From an uncultured Chloroflexia bacterium (GTDB taxonomy: Bacteria > Chloroflexota > Anaerolineae > CG2-30-64-16), in the NCBI GenBank assembly GCA_963774265.1, contig CAVZDU010000009.1, positions 1-64,000 on the forward strand: a stretch of DNA of 64,000 nt, written 5' to 3'. The notes under the pieces were generated by a model. It was not told the DNA's origin. It was given only the letters and a program-made list of their open reading frames with translations, and searched no databases. Shown here one piece after another: positions 32,626 to 45,279 of the stretch (position 1 is its first letter; each line of letters starts with the position of its first letter). The translations under genes were made by a program, and so were the position numbers.

Positions 32626-33754
32626 TTGAAGATTCTCCACATCTACAAAGACTACTGGCCCATCCTGGGCGGCATCGAGAACCACGTGAAGCTGCTGGCT
32701 GAAGGACAGGCAGCTCGCGGCCACGCGGTCACGGCCCTGGTGACGAACTCCGCCAACAACGCGCGGGGCTTTCCGGCCGGGCTGAAATCGACCGTGAGCC
32801 AGGAAAACGACGTGCGCGTGGTCCGCGCCGGGCGGCTCGCCACGGTCGCCTCGACGCCGCTGAGCCTGGCGCTCCCCTGGCGGCTGCTACGCGAGCAGCC
32901 GGATGTGGTCCACCTGCACTTCCCCTACCCTGTCGGCGAGATCGCCCAGTGGCTGTTGCGCCGTGGCCGGGCAACGGTGATGACCTATCACAGCGACGTC
33001 GTGCGCCAGGCGAGCATCCTCGCTTCTACCGCCCGCTCATGGAGCGAGTCCTCCGCCAGGTCGATGCGATCATCATTGGCAGCCCACCCATGCGCAATAG
33101 CACGTATCTGGCCGAACACGCAGCCCAGGCTGCACCTGATCCCGTACGGGATTCCGCTGTCACGGTTTGAGCCGCACCGGACAGTGTCGCCTTCGGCTGG
33201 GCCTGGCTCGGACGCGGCCTTCACGCTTCTCTTCGTCGGCCGCCTGCGCTATTACAAGGGCCTGGACACCCTGATCCGCGCGCTCCCCCAGATCCCCGCA
33301 CGACTCCTGGTGGTCGGCATCGGGCCGATGGAGGCGGAGTGGAAGGCGCTGGCCCGGGAATTGGGTGTGGCCGAGCGCGATCTCGTGGCTCGGTGAGGTC
33401 TCGGACGACGATCTACCCGGGCTGTACCACCCGGCAGACCTGTTCGTGCTGCCGGCCAGCCACCCGAGCGAGGCGTTCGGGTTGGTGCAGGTGGAGGCGA
33501 TGGCCGCGGGGCTGCCGGTGGTCTGCACGGAGCTGGGCACCGGGACGACTTACGTCAACCACGACGGCGTCACCGGCCTGGTGGTTCCCCCGCGCGACCC
33601 GGACCGGCTGGCTGCGGCCATCAATACCTTGATCGCTGACCCCGAACGACGGGCCGCACTGGGCCGCGCCGCACAGGCACGCGCCAGGGATGAGTTCGAT
33701 CTCAACGTGATGGTCGACCGGATTCTGGAGCTATATAGTGACCTAATTCGTTGA
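32626..33754 (+). CDS. Glycosyltransferase family 4 (frameshifts)
   Basis: [44 protein letters not shown]. Confidence 0.88.
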
Positions 33755-33811
33755 CTTTGTCCTGCACGTGGTAGAATGGCCTGACGTTCGTTCGCCGGGT
33801 GCAAGGATAGG

Positions 33812-36800
33812 ATGCAGACCAAGCTCAGCCGGATCTGCGACGCCATCATCGAATCGGGCTGGTTAGCCGTGCTGGTGGTGGCGCCTCTTTTCTTCAATAC
33901 GTTCTCCAATCGCGTCTTCGAGCCGGATAAGATTCATCTCGTGCGCTCCATCGCGCTCGTGATGGCCGTGGCGTGGCTGGTGCAGCTGATAGATGGCCGG
34001 CTTGCCGGCGAGGCGGGCGAAGGCGGCTTCTGGTCTCGCATACGGAGCACCCCGCTGGTCCTGCCCGCCCTGATACTGGTGGTCAGCTACCTTCTGAGCA
34101 CAGCGCTGTCCCTCGTACCCCGCATCAGCTTCTTCGGGTCATATGTGCGGCTGCAAGGGACATTCACGTTTCTCAGCTACGTGCTGATCTTCGGCGTGGT
34201 CCTGACCCACATGCGCACGCTGACCCAGGTCAACCGGTTGCTGCACGCGGTGATCATCACCTCCCTGCCCATCGCGATTTACGGCATCATCCAGAACGCC
34301 GGGCTGGACCCGCTGCCGTGGGGCGGCGATGTAGTCGAACGCGTGGCCGCCAACATGGGCAACGCGATCTTCGTCGCAGCCTATCTCATCATGGCTGCCT
34401 TCCTGACCCTGGAGCGGTTGCTCAACAGCGTGGTTGGGCTGCTTAAGACGGAAAACAGCGGGATGGGCGACGCGTTCCGCGCCGGCGCGTACCTGTTCGT
34501 CCTGATCGTGCAACTGATCGCGATCATATTCACGCAGAGCCGCGGCCCCCAGATCGGATTCGCCGCCGGAATATACGTATTCAGCATGCTGGGGCTCTTG
34601 CTGCTGGCGCGCTGGGCGCGACGCAAAAACGCGGGCCGGCCTTCCTGCGCTGGCTGAGCGCACACGTGCGCGGGGCGTGGAGCGCGCTGATCGGACTGAC
34701 GGTCGCCGGGTTGATCTTTCTCGTGGTGCTCAACGTACCCAACGGCCCGCTCAAAGGTGTGTGCCAGGTGCGCTACGTCAGCCGGACCTGCACGCTCTTC
34801 AGCCTGAATGAAGGCACCAACGCGGTGCGCGCCTTGATCTGGGAGGGCGTGGTCGAGCTGATGTCGCCGCACGCGGCGCTCCAGACACCCGACGGCCAGC
34901 CCGATGTGTTCAATGTCCTCAGGCCCCTGGTTGGCTATGGGCCCGAATCGTTGTGGGTCGCGTTCAACCGCTTCTATCCCGCCGAGCTGGGGCGCTTCGA
35001 GTCGCGCAACGCCTCGCCCGATCGTTCGCACAACGAAACCTTCGATGCGCTCGCGCGCGGGGGCCTGATCCAGTTCGCTGCGGAGATCTTCCTCTACGCG
35101 AGCGTCTTCTACTACGCGCTCCGCTGGCTGGGGCTGATCCGTGACCGGCGATCGCGCAACCAGTTCATCGGATTCCTCATTGCCGGCGGCGCGCTCGGCG
35201 TGATCCTGCCGTTGATCTTCGACCGGAGCCTGCGGCTCGCGGGCATCGGGCTGCCGGCGGGTCTGATCGCTGGATTGATGCTGTACGTCACAGTGGATCT
35301 GCTGGCCAGCCGCCGCGCGCTGACCGAGGGTTCCCAGCCGAACGGCAGCCCGCGACAACAACTGCTGGTGCTGGCTTTGTTCTCTGCGATCGCGGCCCAC
35401 TTTGTCGAAGTTCACTTCGGCATTGCCATCGTTTCCACGTTGACGCATTTCTGGGCGCTGATCGGCGTGCTGGTCGCAGTGGGCCTGGGGTGGGTGCGCA
35501 TGGAGGAGATTGTCGTTACGACGCCCGGTCCGGCCGCTGTGCCGGCTCGATCCGCCCCATTAAGCGCAGCCTCGTCTGCGGGCCCGAAGCGCAAAGCCGG
35601 CGACGGCAAACAGCGGGCTGCGAGCCAGGGGAGCGACCCCCGATCGACGCAGCCAGGGTCAGTTCGGCCGGCCGCCACGGCACGGGAGAAAACCAACGCT
35701 CTTCCTGCGATCTTGCCTTACGCGGTCATCATCGCCATCATTTCGGCTGTCTTCGCCTGGGATTTCACCATCAATCAGAGCGGCGCGGTCGGTCCATTCG
35801 CTATCCTGTGGGACGCGTTCACCACGCGGAAAACCGATTTCCAGGTTGTCCGTTCGTCGATGCTGCTGGTGATGGTGTTATTCACATGGTTCATTGGCGG
35901 GATCATTGCGATCGGTGAGGTTCGAGAGAACGCGAAAAATCGCTTCTCTGTGCCCGCAGCGGCGCTGCTCTACTTCGGCGCGGCGCTGGTTACCTTCCTG
36001 GTCTTCGGACTGATCCATGCCGCAGCCATCGATCTGGGCGACCTGCAAGGGCTCGACGTCTTTGCTCACCTGGCGAGCCGCATCGTTGTCTTCGATGGGG
36101 TGCTGTTCTTGCTGATGCTGGCGCTGGCCGCGAGCATCGCGCTGGCACGGCCGGAACCGTGGCCGCAGCGCTTCGCCCACCGGACCGCGGTGTCGTCGGG
36201 AGCTGGCGTCGTCCTGACCGCCCTGGCCGTCTTCCTGATCGTAAGCCTCAACATCCGCTCGGTGCAGGCCGACACTTACTACAAGCAGGGGCTCGGATAC
36301 GAGGCTGCAGGCCAATGGGAGGGCTCCGTAGTCCTGTACCGCGAGGCCGGCCGCCTCCAACCCCAGGAGGACTATTATTGCCTGTTTCTCGGCCGGGCGC
36401 TGCTGCAGCTCTCGGATTTGGCGGTGCCCGGTGCAGCCGTGTTGCCCGACGACCTGTCCAATGTGCGCACCGGTGACTTATTGGACCTGGTGGACAGGGG
36501 CATCCAGGCGCGCGACCGCGAGGACATCCTGCGTGCTGCCCATGCCGCCCTGATCGGCGCCCAACGGTTGAACCCGCTGAACACGGATCACACCGCCAAC
36601 CTCGCCCGCCTGCACCGGGCATGGGCGTTCGCCAACGCGGCGACAACAGCCGAAAGCAGCGATCCGAGCCGGCTTGCGGAAATCCTGGCGACGGAGCCGG
36701 ATAAGGTGGACCAGGCGCACCTGCCGCGCAGCCTGGACTACTACCAGCAGGCCCTGGCGCTCAGCCCCCACAATGCCGGGCTGTGGAATGAGTTGGCTAC

Positions 36801-37373
36801 CCTCCAATTTATCCTGGGTGACCTGTCGGCCGCGCAAAAGACCCTCGACAGCTCGCTGGCCGTGGATGATCGCTTCTATCCCACGCATCTGCTGCTCGGC
36901 GACGTGCTGACCGCAGGTGGCGACATGCGGGCTGCGTTGGCTGCTTACAAGGAGGCAGCACAAATCTCGCCCAAAAATCTGGGCGTGCTGAGTGCGGTGG
37001 GCGTCACAGGTGTCGAGGCTGGGGAGCCAGGGGCGTCGATTGATGCATTCCAACGTATGATCGCGTTGGAGACGCCGGCCCTGGCTGGAACGCAAGCCCA
37101 GCTCAGTCAACTCAATGCCCAGGTTGCCTCAGCAGGTGGGTATGAAAACGCAGAAGGTTCGGCCACCAGCAGTCGCGCCATGCTGGAACAGCAGATCGCC
37201 AGCCATGAGCGACAGCTATTCCTGGCCCATCGCAACCTGGCACTCGTGCTGCGGGAGTTGGGCCAAACAGCCGATGCCCTGGCTGCAGCGCAGAGAGCGC
37301 TGGGTTACGCACCCGAATCGGAGCTGGCAAGCACGGAATCGCTGATCGCCGACCTGAAAGGTCGAGGCACGCC

Positions 37374-37377
<4 letters not shown>
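33812..37377 (+). CDS. O-antigen-ligase-like (GT-C) polytopic membrane protein with C-terminal TPRs (frameshift ~34640)
   Basis: [28 protein letters not shown] motifs; TPR-like helical tail. Confidence 0.8.
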
Positions 37378-38384
<1,007 letters not shown>

Positions 38385-38412
38385 AAGAATCGGGCGGAAG
38401 AAGGAGAGTATC

Positions 38413-39784
38413 TTGAAGAAGCATGTTCTGATCCTACTGGTCCTGTTGGCTTTTGCGGGGGCGCTGGCTGCATGCAGCCCGATGCCCGCTGCACCGATCG
38501 CCGCGCCGACCAGCGCGGCAGTGGCCGCAACACCCGCGCCGCCGGCCACCGAGGCGCCTGCCATTGCCGCTACGGCGGAGATGACCGCGACGGTGGAAAT
38601 GCCCCCGACGGTAGTGGTCGGTACGCCCACCCCCGACACCCGGCCCATCGTGCCTGCGCCCGTTGAGGGTAAGCGGCCCCTTGCCGACGTCGAAGCCAAG
38701 GACCGCAATGAGCGGTTCTCCGGCCCGGCCGAGAAGTACGTGGAAGACAACACGATCTACGTCGCCACCATCGTGACCGACAAGGGCAATATCGTCGCGG
38801 AGCTGTACCAGGATACGCCCGAAGGCCTGAACAACTTCGTGACCCTGGCGCACAACGGCTATCTACGACGGCCTGACCTTCCACCGCGTCGAGGCGAAGT
38901 TCGTCATCCAGGGCGGCGATCCGGCGGGTGACGGCAGCGGCGGCCCCGGCTACACCATCCCGGCCGAGATCAACCATCTTCACCCGCGCGGTGCACTGGC
39001 CTGGGCGCGCACCGGCGACCAGGTCAATCCCGAGCGTCGCTCCAGCGGCAGCCAGTTCTACATCACTCTGGACCAGACCCCGTTCCTGGACGGCGCCTAC
39101 AGCGTGTTCGGCTACGTGATCGAGGGCATGGACGTCGTCGACAAGATCGCGGTCGGCGACAAGATCCAGCGCATCGACATCAAGAAGGCCACGGCTTCGA
39201 TGCTGCCAACCCCCACCCCCACCCCGACGCCTTATGCGCCGGCCAGCCAGGAAGGCCGCCCGCTGGCCACGGTGCCGATTGCGGAGCGCGAAAATTACTT
39301 CAACGCCGCACCTGAGATGACCATCGACGCAAGCAAGACGTACCAGGCGACCATCGAGACCGACAAGGGCAAGGTCGTCATGGACCTCGACGCGGCGCTG
39401 GCTCCAGTCACCGTCAACAACTTCGTGACGCTCGCCAACCTCGGCTACTACGATGGCATGCCCATTGCGTACGTCGAATCGGGCGTCTATGCCGTCCTCG
39501 GTTCGCCCGGCGGCAGCCCGGACAGCGACGTGGGCTATTCCTTGCCGCTGGAAGCCGGCGGAGGGACAACCGAGGTCATCACCGGCACCATTCTGATGTA
39601 CCCGGCAACTAATGTGGCGGGCGAACTGGCCGCAAGCGGCAGCCAGTTCTTCATCTCCTTCTCCGCGGTTCCCGACAGCGCCACGCCGATGAATCTCTTC
39701 GGCAAGGTGATGGAGGGCATGGACGTCGCAGAGAAGCTGGCCACCGGTGACATCATCAAATCGATCACGATCGCTGAAAAGTAA
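38413..39784 (+). CDS. Lipoprotein with two cyclophilin domains (frameshift ~38862)
   Basis: ALAAC lipobox; domain 1 [17 protein letters not shown]; domain 2 degenerate. Confidence 0.82.
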
Positions 39785-39810
39785 CGTATCGAAGAAGGAA
39801 AAAGGAAGAT

Positions 39811-40294
39811 ATGCCGAACCGCTATTCCAAACCGTTCGAGATGAAGATCGACCTGGCGAAGCAGCTACACGGCCACGATCGAGACGAATCGGGGCATCAT
39901 CGTGGTGAAGCTGTACGCAACGCAAACTCCGCGCACGGTCAACAACTTCGTGTGCCTGGCTCGTGACGGGTACTACGATGGCGTGACATTCCACCGGGTG
40001 ATCAAGGACTTCATGGTCCAGGGCGGCGACCCGACGGGCACCGGCCGCGGCGGTCCTGGCTACACGTTCAAGGACGAGTTCGACCCCAAGCTGAAGCACG
40101 ACAAGCCGGGCGTCCTCTCCATGGCAAACGCCGGACCTGGCACCAACGGCAGCCAGTTCTTCATCACGCACGTGCCCACGCCGTGGCTCGACGGCAAGCA
40201 CACCGTCTTCGGCCAGGTGACCACCGGCCAGGACGTGGTGAACAAGATCGAGCAGGGTGACGTGATGCTCTCGGTGACGATCGACGAAGCGTAA
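39811..40294 (+). CDS. Cyclophilin-type peptidyl-prolyl isomerase (frameshift ~39865)
   Basis: [42 protein letters not shown]. Confidence 0.93.
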
Positions 40295-40295
40295 G

Positions 40296-40931
40296 ATGAC
40301 CGCTCAGGAACTCGGGAAAAAAAGTGGCAAACCGGACGAAAGCGCGGACCAGCAGGCTGGGCGACCGCGCTTATCTCCCGGGCGCTCGAAACTGATTCGT
40401 ATCCTTGCGTTCCTGGGCGTCATTGTCCTTTCTCTTCTTATCATCCTATACGGCAGCCGGTTGGCAGGCCTGGGCGCGTATGGCTACCCGGGCCTGTTCC
40501 TGCTCAATCTCCTGGCCAGCGCAACCCTGATCCTGCCTGCACCTGGGATCGCGCTGGCCTTTGCAGCCGGCGCAGCGCTCAACCCATTCCTCGTTGGCCT
40601 CGCGGTGGGCAGCGGCTCCACGCTCGGCGAGCTCACCGGCTACATCGCCGGGGCGAGCGGTCGCGGGATCGTCAAGAATGACCCGTGGTACCCGCGGATG
40701 CAAGCCGCAATGGCCAGGTACGGGCTGTGGATCATCATCCTGCTAAGCCTCGTGCCCAACCCCATCTTCGATGTGGCGGGCATGGTGGCCGGAGCCACGC
40801 GCGTCCCTGTCTGGCAATTCCTCGCCGCAGCCTGGATCGGCAAAGTGACCAAGGCCACGCTGATCGCGCTGGCCGGCGCAGGAATGATCCAGGCGCTGGC
40901 GCCGCTGATCGAACGCTGGTTGATGCGGTAG
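40296..40931 (+). CDS. VTT/DedA (SNARE-associated) membrane protein
   Basis: GSTLGELTGY, PNPIFDVAG. Confidence 0.8.
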   Translation: MTAQELGKKSGKPDESADQQAGRPRLSPGRSKLIRILAFLGVIVLSLLIILYGSRLAGLGAYGYPGLFLLNLLASATLILPAPGIALAFAAGAALNPFLVGLAVGSGSTLGELTGYIAGASGRGIVKNDPWYPRMQAAMARYGLWIIILLSLVPNPIFDVAGMVAGATRVPVWQFLAAAWIGKVTKATLIALAGAGMIQALAPLIERWLMR

Positions 40932-40935
40932 CTCC

Positions 40936-41382
40936 ATGAGCAATGCAGTCGACGCAGCCCTGATTTTCGGTTTCCTGAGCTTCTTCCACTTCTGGGGGGG
41001 CGCAGCGCTGGGCGCGGGCATCCGGGCGGGGCGGATATCGCCCATCCTGTGGGGCGCCCTGATCGGCGGCGCGCCCTTGTATTTCGGAATCGAGCGCGGG
41101 GTGGCGTTGGGTGAATGGGGCTGGCTGAGCTGGCAGTCGCTCGTGCTCGCCGTAAGCGCCCTGTTGACCTTCTCCTGGCTGCCGCGGCTGCGGGCGTTGT
41201 TCCTGAGTCGCGGCATGACCACCCTGACGGTCGGGACGTTCATCATGGCGATCGGCGCAGTCATCGGCGCGTGGTTCTTCCGCCTGGGCTCCGAGTTCTG
41301 GTCCCTCACGGTCGGGGGCGCCGGTTTCCTGCTCGGGGCCATGTGGTTCGGAGCAGGCATCAAACAGTTGCGTGGTAAGTAG
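40936..41382 (+). CDS. Hypothetical membrane protein
   Basis: About 5 hydrophobic segments; tightly packed in the operon. Confidence 0.65.
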   Translation: MSNAVDAALIFGFLSFFHFWGGAALGAGIRAGRISPILWGALIGGAPLYFGIERGVALGEWGWLSWQSLVLAVSALLTFSWLPRLRALFLSRGMTTLTVGTFIMAIGAVIGAWFFRLGSEFWSLTVGGAGFLLGAMWFGAGIKQLRGK

Positions 41383-42372
41383 ATGTTCGAGCTCATCTTT
41401 CTGGGGACCTCGGCGTCGGCGCCCTCGGTGCAGCGCGGGTTATCGGCCGCGATGCTGCTGCACCGCGAATATCGTTTTCTGATCGACTGCGGCGAGGGCA
41501 CCCAGCGACAGATCCTGCGCAGCGGGCTGGGGTTCAAGCGACTGGAGCGCGTCCTGTTGACGCACGGCCACCTGGATCATATCCTCGGGCTGGGCGGCCT
41601 GGCCTCGACGTTCGGCCGCTGGGAAACCATCGAGGAAATGGAAATCCACGGCGGAGCGTCCGCGCTGGGCCGCGTGCGAGAGCTGATGCGCGTCGTCTTC
41701 GGGCCTGCCGAGGGTAAGATCAACATCGGGTATCACGCCGTGCATCCGGGCCTGCTTCTCGAAGACGAGATTTTCCGGGTTTCTGCGTTCCCTGTGGAGC
41801 ATCGCCGCACCGAGGCGTTCGGGTACATGTTCGAGGAAAAGCCGCGACGGCCCTTCCTGCCCGAAAAGGCGACCGCATTAGGTGTACCCGCCGGGCCGAT
41901 CCGCCGTGACCTGGTGAACGGCCAACCGGTGATCTTGCCCGACGGCCGGACGATCCAGCCGGACGAGGTGCTGGGCGAAGAGGTCCCCGGGATCAAGCTG
42001 GCCTTCATTGGCGACGCAGGCCGTGTGGACAATCTGGTGGCGCATGTGGCGGGCGCAGACCTGCTGGCCATCGAGGCGACCTACATCGATCAAGAGCGCG
42101 AAGTGGCCGCGTCGTTCGGCCACCTCACCGCAAAGCAGGCCGCATGGCTGGCCCGCGAGGCCGGGGTGAAGTCCCTCGTGCTGCATCATATCTCGCGGCG
42201 CTACAACGCGAAGCAGATCATGGAAGATGCCGCGCCGCTCTTCCCCGACACGGCGGTCGCGCGCGATTTCGATCTGTTCCGGCTGGTGAAGCAGAAGCCT
42301 CTGGAGCGCGAGGATGTCCGCGGGCGGCCGGAGCGAGAAATGGCAGGCGGCACGGGTGACGCCCCGGGCTAA
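41383..42372 (+). CDS. rnz: Ribonuclease Z
   Basis: FLGTSAS, DCGEGTQRQ, THGHLDHILG, exosite GVPAGP, HLTA, HHISRRY. Confidence 0.92.
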   Translation: MFELIFLGTSASAPSVQRGLSAAMLLHREYRFLIDCGEGTQRQILRSGLGFKRLERVLLTHGHLDHILGLGGLASTFGRWETIEEMEIHGGASALGRVRELMRVVFGPAEGKINIGYHAVHPGLLLEDEIFRVSAFPVEHRRTEAFGYMFEEKPRRPFLPEKATALGVPAGPIRRDLVNGQPVILPDGRTIQPDEVLGEEVPGIKLAFIGDAGRVDNLVAHVAGADLLAIEATYIDQEREVAASFGHLTAKQAAWLAREAGVKSLVLHHISRRYNAKQIMEDAAPLFPDTAVARDFDLFRLVKQKPLEREDVRGRPEREMAGGTGDAPG

Positions 42373-42378
42373 ACCGCC

Positions 42379-42979
42379 TTACCCGGCGAATGCCCGGCCT
42401 GCGCTGCCGTACAACTCGATCAGCTGCCCAATCTCAAGGCTCATCTTGCGCTTGCCGCACCACAAGTAGTCCATCTCCTCACGCGATCCCACGAACGGAT
42501 GAATATTCGTGACCGTGCTCGGGTCGGGCAGGGCCTTGGCCACCCCCTCCATGAAGATGCGTTTCAGCCGGGTGCCCACATTAATCTTGGCCACGCCCAT
42601 CGAGATGGCCGCGGCCACGGCGTCCGCGGGCAGGCCGGAGCCGCCGTGCAACACCAGGGGTGTCCGAATCGCAGCCAGCGTCCAGGGCCTCAGCGATCTG
42701 GTCCAGGTCCCGGGCCTCGTTGAAGAGCACCGCGGTCGGGACGCTGGCCCGCTCGGCCATGCGCCGAGCCATCCGCGCCAGGTCTTCCAGCGCGCCACGA
42801 TTCAGCCATTGCTGGTTGCAGACCGCCGCACCGAAGCCGATGATCGCGGGCGCCCCCAGGCGCTCCGCAGCCTCGATCGAGCCTTCGAGGGAATACTGGT
42901 CCCAGGACTCAAAATAGCCGATGGCGTAGCGGCGGTCGAGGGCGTTCTGTAGCAGGCCCGCCATGGATGCGACCGGCAT
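42379..42979 (-). pseudogene. Class II fructose/tagatose-bisphosphate aldolase-like gene with internal deletion
   Basis: N-terminal YAIGYFESWD...LFNE joined out of frame at ~42670 to PLVLHGGSG...AKINVGT; central region missing. Confidence 0.7.
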
Positions 42980-42997
42980 GAGGCCTCCGCGATTTCG

Positions 42998-43249
42998 TCA
43001 GGCGGCAGGTGGCGCCACGGGCAGTTGCCCGGCCGGCGTGCCCAGCCACTTCTCGCCCGTCTCAATCAGCATCTCCGGGATGTCGTTCACGACGGGGTAC
43101 TTGCGGCCGCAGCCAGGCTCCTGGCAGATCAGCCAGCTCTCCTTATAGAATTCCAGGCGGCCCGGATCAGCGCCCACGGCGCGCGTGTCGCCTGAAACGC
43201 AGTGAGGGCAACGCAAGATTTCGAGCAAGTCTTGTGGGATCATCTTCAC
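42998..43249 (-). CDS. Trm112-like small Zn-finger protein
   Basis: LLEILRCPHC...C..CGRKYPVVNDIPEML. Confidence 0.85.
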   Translation of the reverse strand: MKMIPQDLLEILRCPHCVSGDTRAVGADPGRLEFYKESWLICQEPGCGRKYPVVNDIPEMLIETGEKWLGTPAGQLPVAPPAA

Positions 43250-43381
43250 TCCGCAGTCTGAGAGGTTGCGGCCAGTTTAACACAACAGCCACTCATCGCC
43301 CAACTGCGGCGGTCGATCCTATTCTCTTCGCTGTTGAACGCGATCAGCGCTTGGCCACCCCATGCGCAGGCTCCCCCCTGC

Positions 43382-45127
43382 CTAACACCCCGGCGGCGGC
43401 GTCACGCTGGCCGGGCAGGCCCCCGTCCCCACCGGGTACGGCACGCTCATGCCGGCATCGTAGGACAGGATGATCAACGCGTCCGTGGAGTTGACAGACC
43501 CGTCTGCGTTCGCATCTCCGCAGTTCATCGGACAGAAGGCTGAGGTGTCCATGTCCGCATCGGCCGACAGGACGATCAGCGCATCGGTCGAGTTCGCAGC
43601 ACCATCGCCATTCACATCCCCCAGGGCCGGCGCACTGGCATTGGGTTCGATCGTGTACGAGTGAGAAACCCCCGTGGTATTGGATCTCACATATTCGACC
43701 GTCGCAAAGTTCGGGGCAACCTCAACGCGCAGATGGCCTGCGTTGGGCAGGACTTGGAGCGCATACGTCCCATTAGTCCCGGTGTAATAGCTACTGAACC
43801 CGGAACCGCTCATGCTGGGCGAGGGGAGTTCCTGGTAGACCACGCCGTCCCGCACTTCGTAGGCGTACACGTGATCGTGGCCGTGAAAAAAGGCGCTGAC
43901 GCCGTTGGCCACCATCAGTTGGTGAATCGGAACCCCTCCCCATCCGGGCCGTTCTGTATCGAACCCCCAGGTCGTGCCGTTGATGCTGTAGCCGCCCCAC
44001 TCGAACATGTGCGCCGGCGCAGCGCCGCCCCGGACGTAGTCTTCCGCGCCCCCCAGCCCATGATGGGCAAAGACGAACTTGAACCTGGCGTCACTGTTCT
44101 CCAAAGTCTGCTTGAACCAGTTGAACTGCGCCTGGCCCAGGGTCCAGTCCCACCGGTCACCGTAGACGGTTTCATCGCTCAGCTCTCCACCCGCAGTTCC
44201 GGCAAAGGGCTTGATCAGCGTGTACTGGTAGGGATCGATGAAGACAAAGAGCGCATCGCCCCACTCCCAGGCAAAATAGTCCTCACGCAGATGGTCGCCG
44301 CTGATCCCGGTGAGAGAGGCATCGGGATTTCCGGAGTAGAAGCTGTCCGGGATCGGATTGGGATAGTACCGCTTGCGGGCATTGATGCTCAGCAGGGCGA
44401 TGCTGTTGGTGTCATCCAGGTTCCAGCCCTCTTCGTTCTCGTGGTTTCCGGCAGCCAGGAAGATGGCCGCCGAATGACTGACTCCGCTCATCCACTGGCG
44501 CTGGGCCAGGTAGCGCTGGTTGGCTGCCGAGGAAGTCGTCACTCCGTCCGTCCAGGCGGTGTCGCCCAGGTCGAAATGGAAATCGGGCTGATCGGCGCTC
44601 ACGTTGGCCAGGGCCTGCTGATACAAACTGACAGTCCCTCCACCGCCGCTCATGTGCGCGTCCGAAGCGATCGTGAAGGTGAAGGTGCTGCCGCGCGCCC
44701 TCTGCGTGTGAAACGAATGCTGCGGCCGCGCGACCCAGCTATCTCCGGCTGTGCGGTATTGCATCCGGTAGAAGTACCTGGTATCCGGAGCAAGGTTGCT
44801 GAGGGTCACGTTGGCGGGCTCACCGGCGGGGGCCGTCGTGGAGCTGGTCTGCTCCGTATAGATCTCCGACGATGTGCCATATTCGTAGTACAGCTCGATT
44901 TCCGCGTCCGGCACCACATTGATCGTGACCGAGGTGTCGGTCGGCCGGCTGAGCAGCTCCTCGCCCGTGAAGGTGATCTCCGCGGCAGCCTTGATGCCGG
45001 TTGCCGATCCTCCAACCAACGATAGGAGGATGAGCAGGAAACTGAAGCGCCTCACAGCCCTGGCGGCTTGACCACGTGAGGAACAATAGCCCCGACTATT
45101 GCCGGGCAAGAACGGATAAACTGACAT
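43382..45127 (-). CDS. Secreted calcineurin-like metallophosphoesterase (PAP-type FN3 N-domain) + C-terminal dockerin [gene A]
   Basis: Signal peptide; SDAH, DLGD, GNHE, HGHDH; GDVNGDGAANSTDAL...GDANADGSVNSTDAL. Confidence 0.88.
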   Translation of the reverse strand: MSVYPFLPGNSRGYCSSRGQAARAVRRFSFLLILLSLVGGSATGIKAAAEITFTGEELLSRPTDTSVTINVVPDAEIELYYEYGTSSEIYTEQTSSTTAPAGEPANVTLSNLAPDTRYFYRMQYRTAGDSWVARPQHSFHTQRARGSTFTFTIASDAHMSGGGGTVSLYQQALANVSADQPDFHFDLGDTAWTDGVTTSSAANQRYLAQRQWMSGVSHSAAIFLAAGNHENEEGWNLDDTNSIALLSINARKRYYPNPIPDSFYSGNPDASLTGISGDHLREDYFAWEWGDALFVFIDPYQYTLIKPFAGTAGGELSDETVYGDRWDWTLGQAQFNWFKQTLENSDARFKFVFAHHGLGGAEDYVRGGAAPAHMFEWGGYSINGTTWGFDTERPGWGGVPIHQLMVANGVSAFFHGHDHVYAYEVRDGVVYQELPSPSMSGSGFSSYYTGTNGTYALQVLPNAGHLRVEVAPNFATVEYVRSNTTGVSHSYTIEPNASAPALGDVNGDGAANSTDALIVLSADADMDTSAFCPMNCGDANADGSVNSTDALIILSYDAGMSVPYPVGTGACPASVTPPPGC

Positions 45128-45193
45128 CGTGCCCTCCTGAGGATTACTTCATTGGATGGTCAGGCTTGCCGCAAGCATCGCTTCGCAACAGTA

Positions 45194-45233
45194 GATGGTC
45201 AGGGTGCGGCGGACCGGACACACCCTGACCATC
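45194..45233. other. 13-bp intergenic stem-loop after gene B
   Basis: gatggtcagggtg...caccctgaccatc; no U-tract on the minus strand. Confidence 0.7.
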
Positions 45234-45279
45234 CGTGGCCATGACAAACGCCGAAGGACTCGCAATGGCATCGATTTTG

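Noticed and set aside
32287-33396. Apparent fusion of two GT4 genes
   Set aside because: A TTGA start/stop-type overlap at 32626-32629 and the high indel rate suggest two genes joined by an error. This cannot be settled without reads.
43450-43621. Dockerin loops as generic EF-hand or FG-GAP calcium repeats
   Set aside because: The paired GDxNxDGxxNSTD-helix units, C-terminal position and co-encoded cohesin-like domains fit dockerins better.
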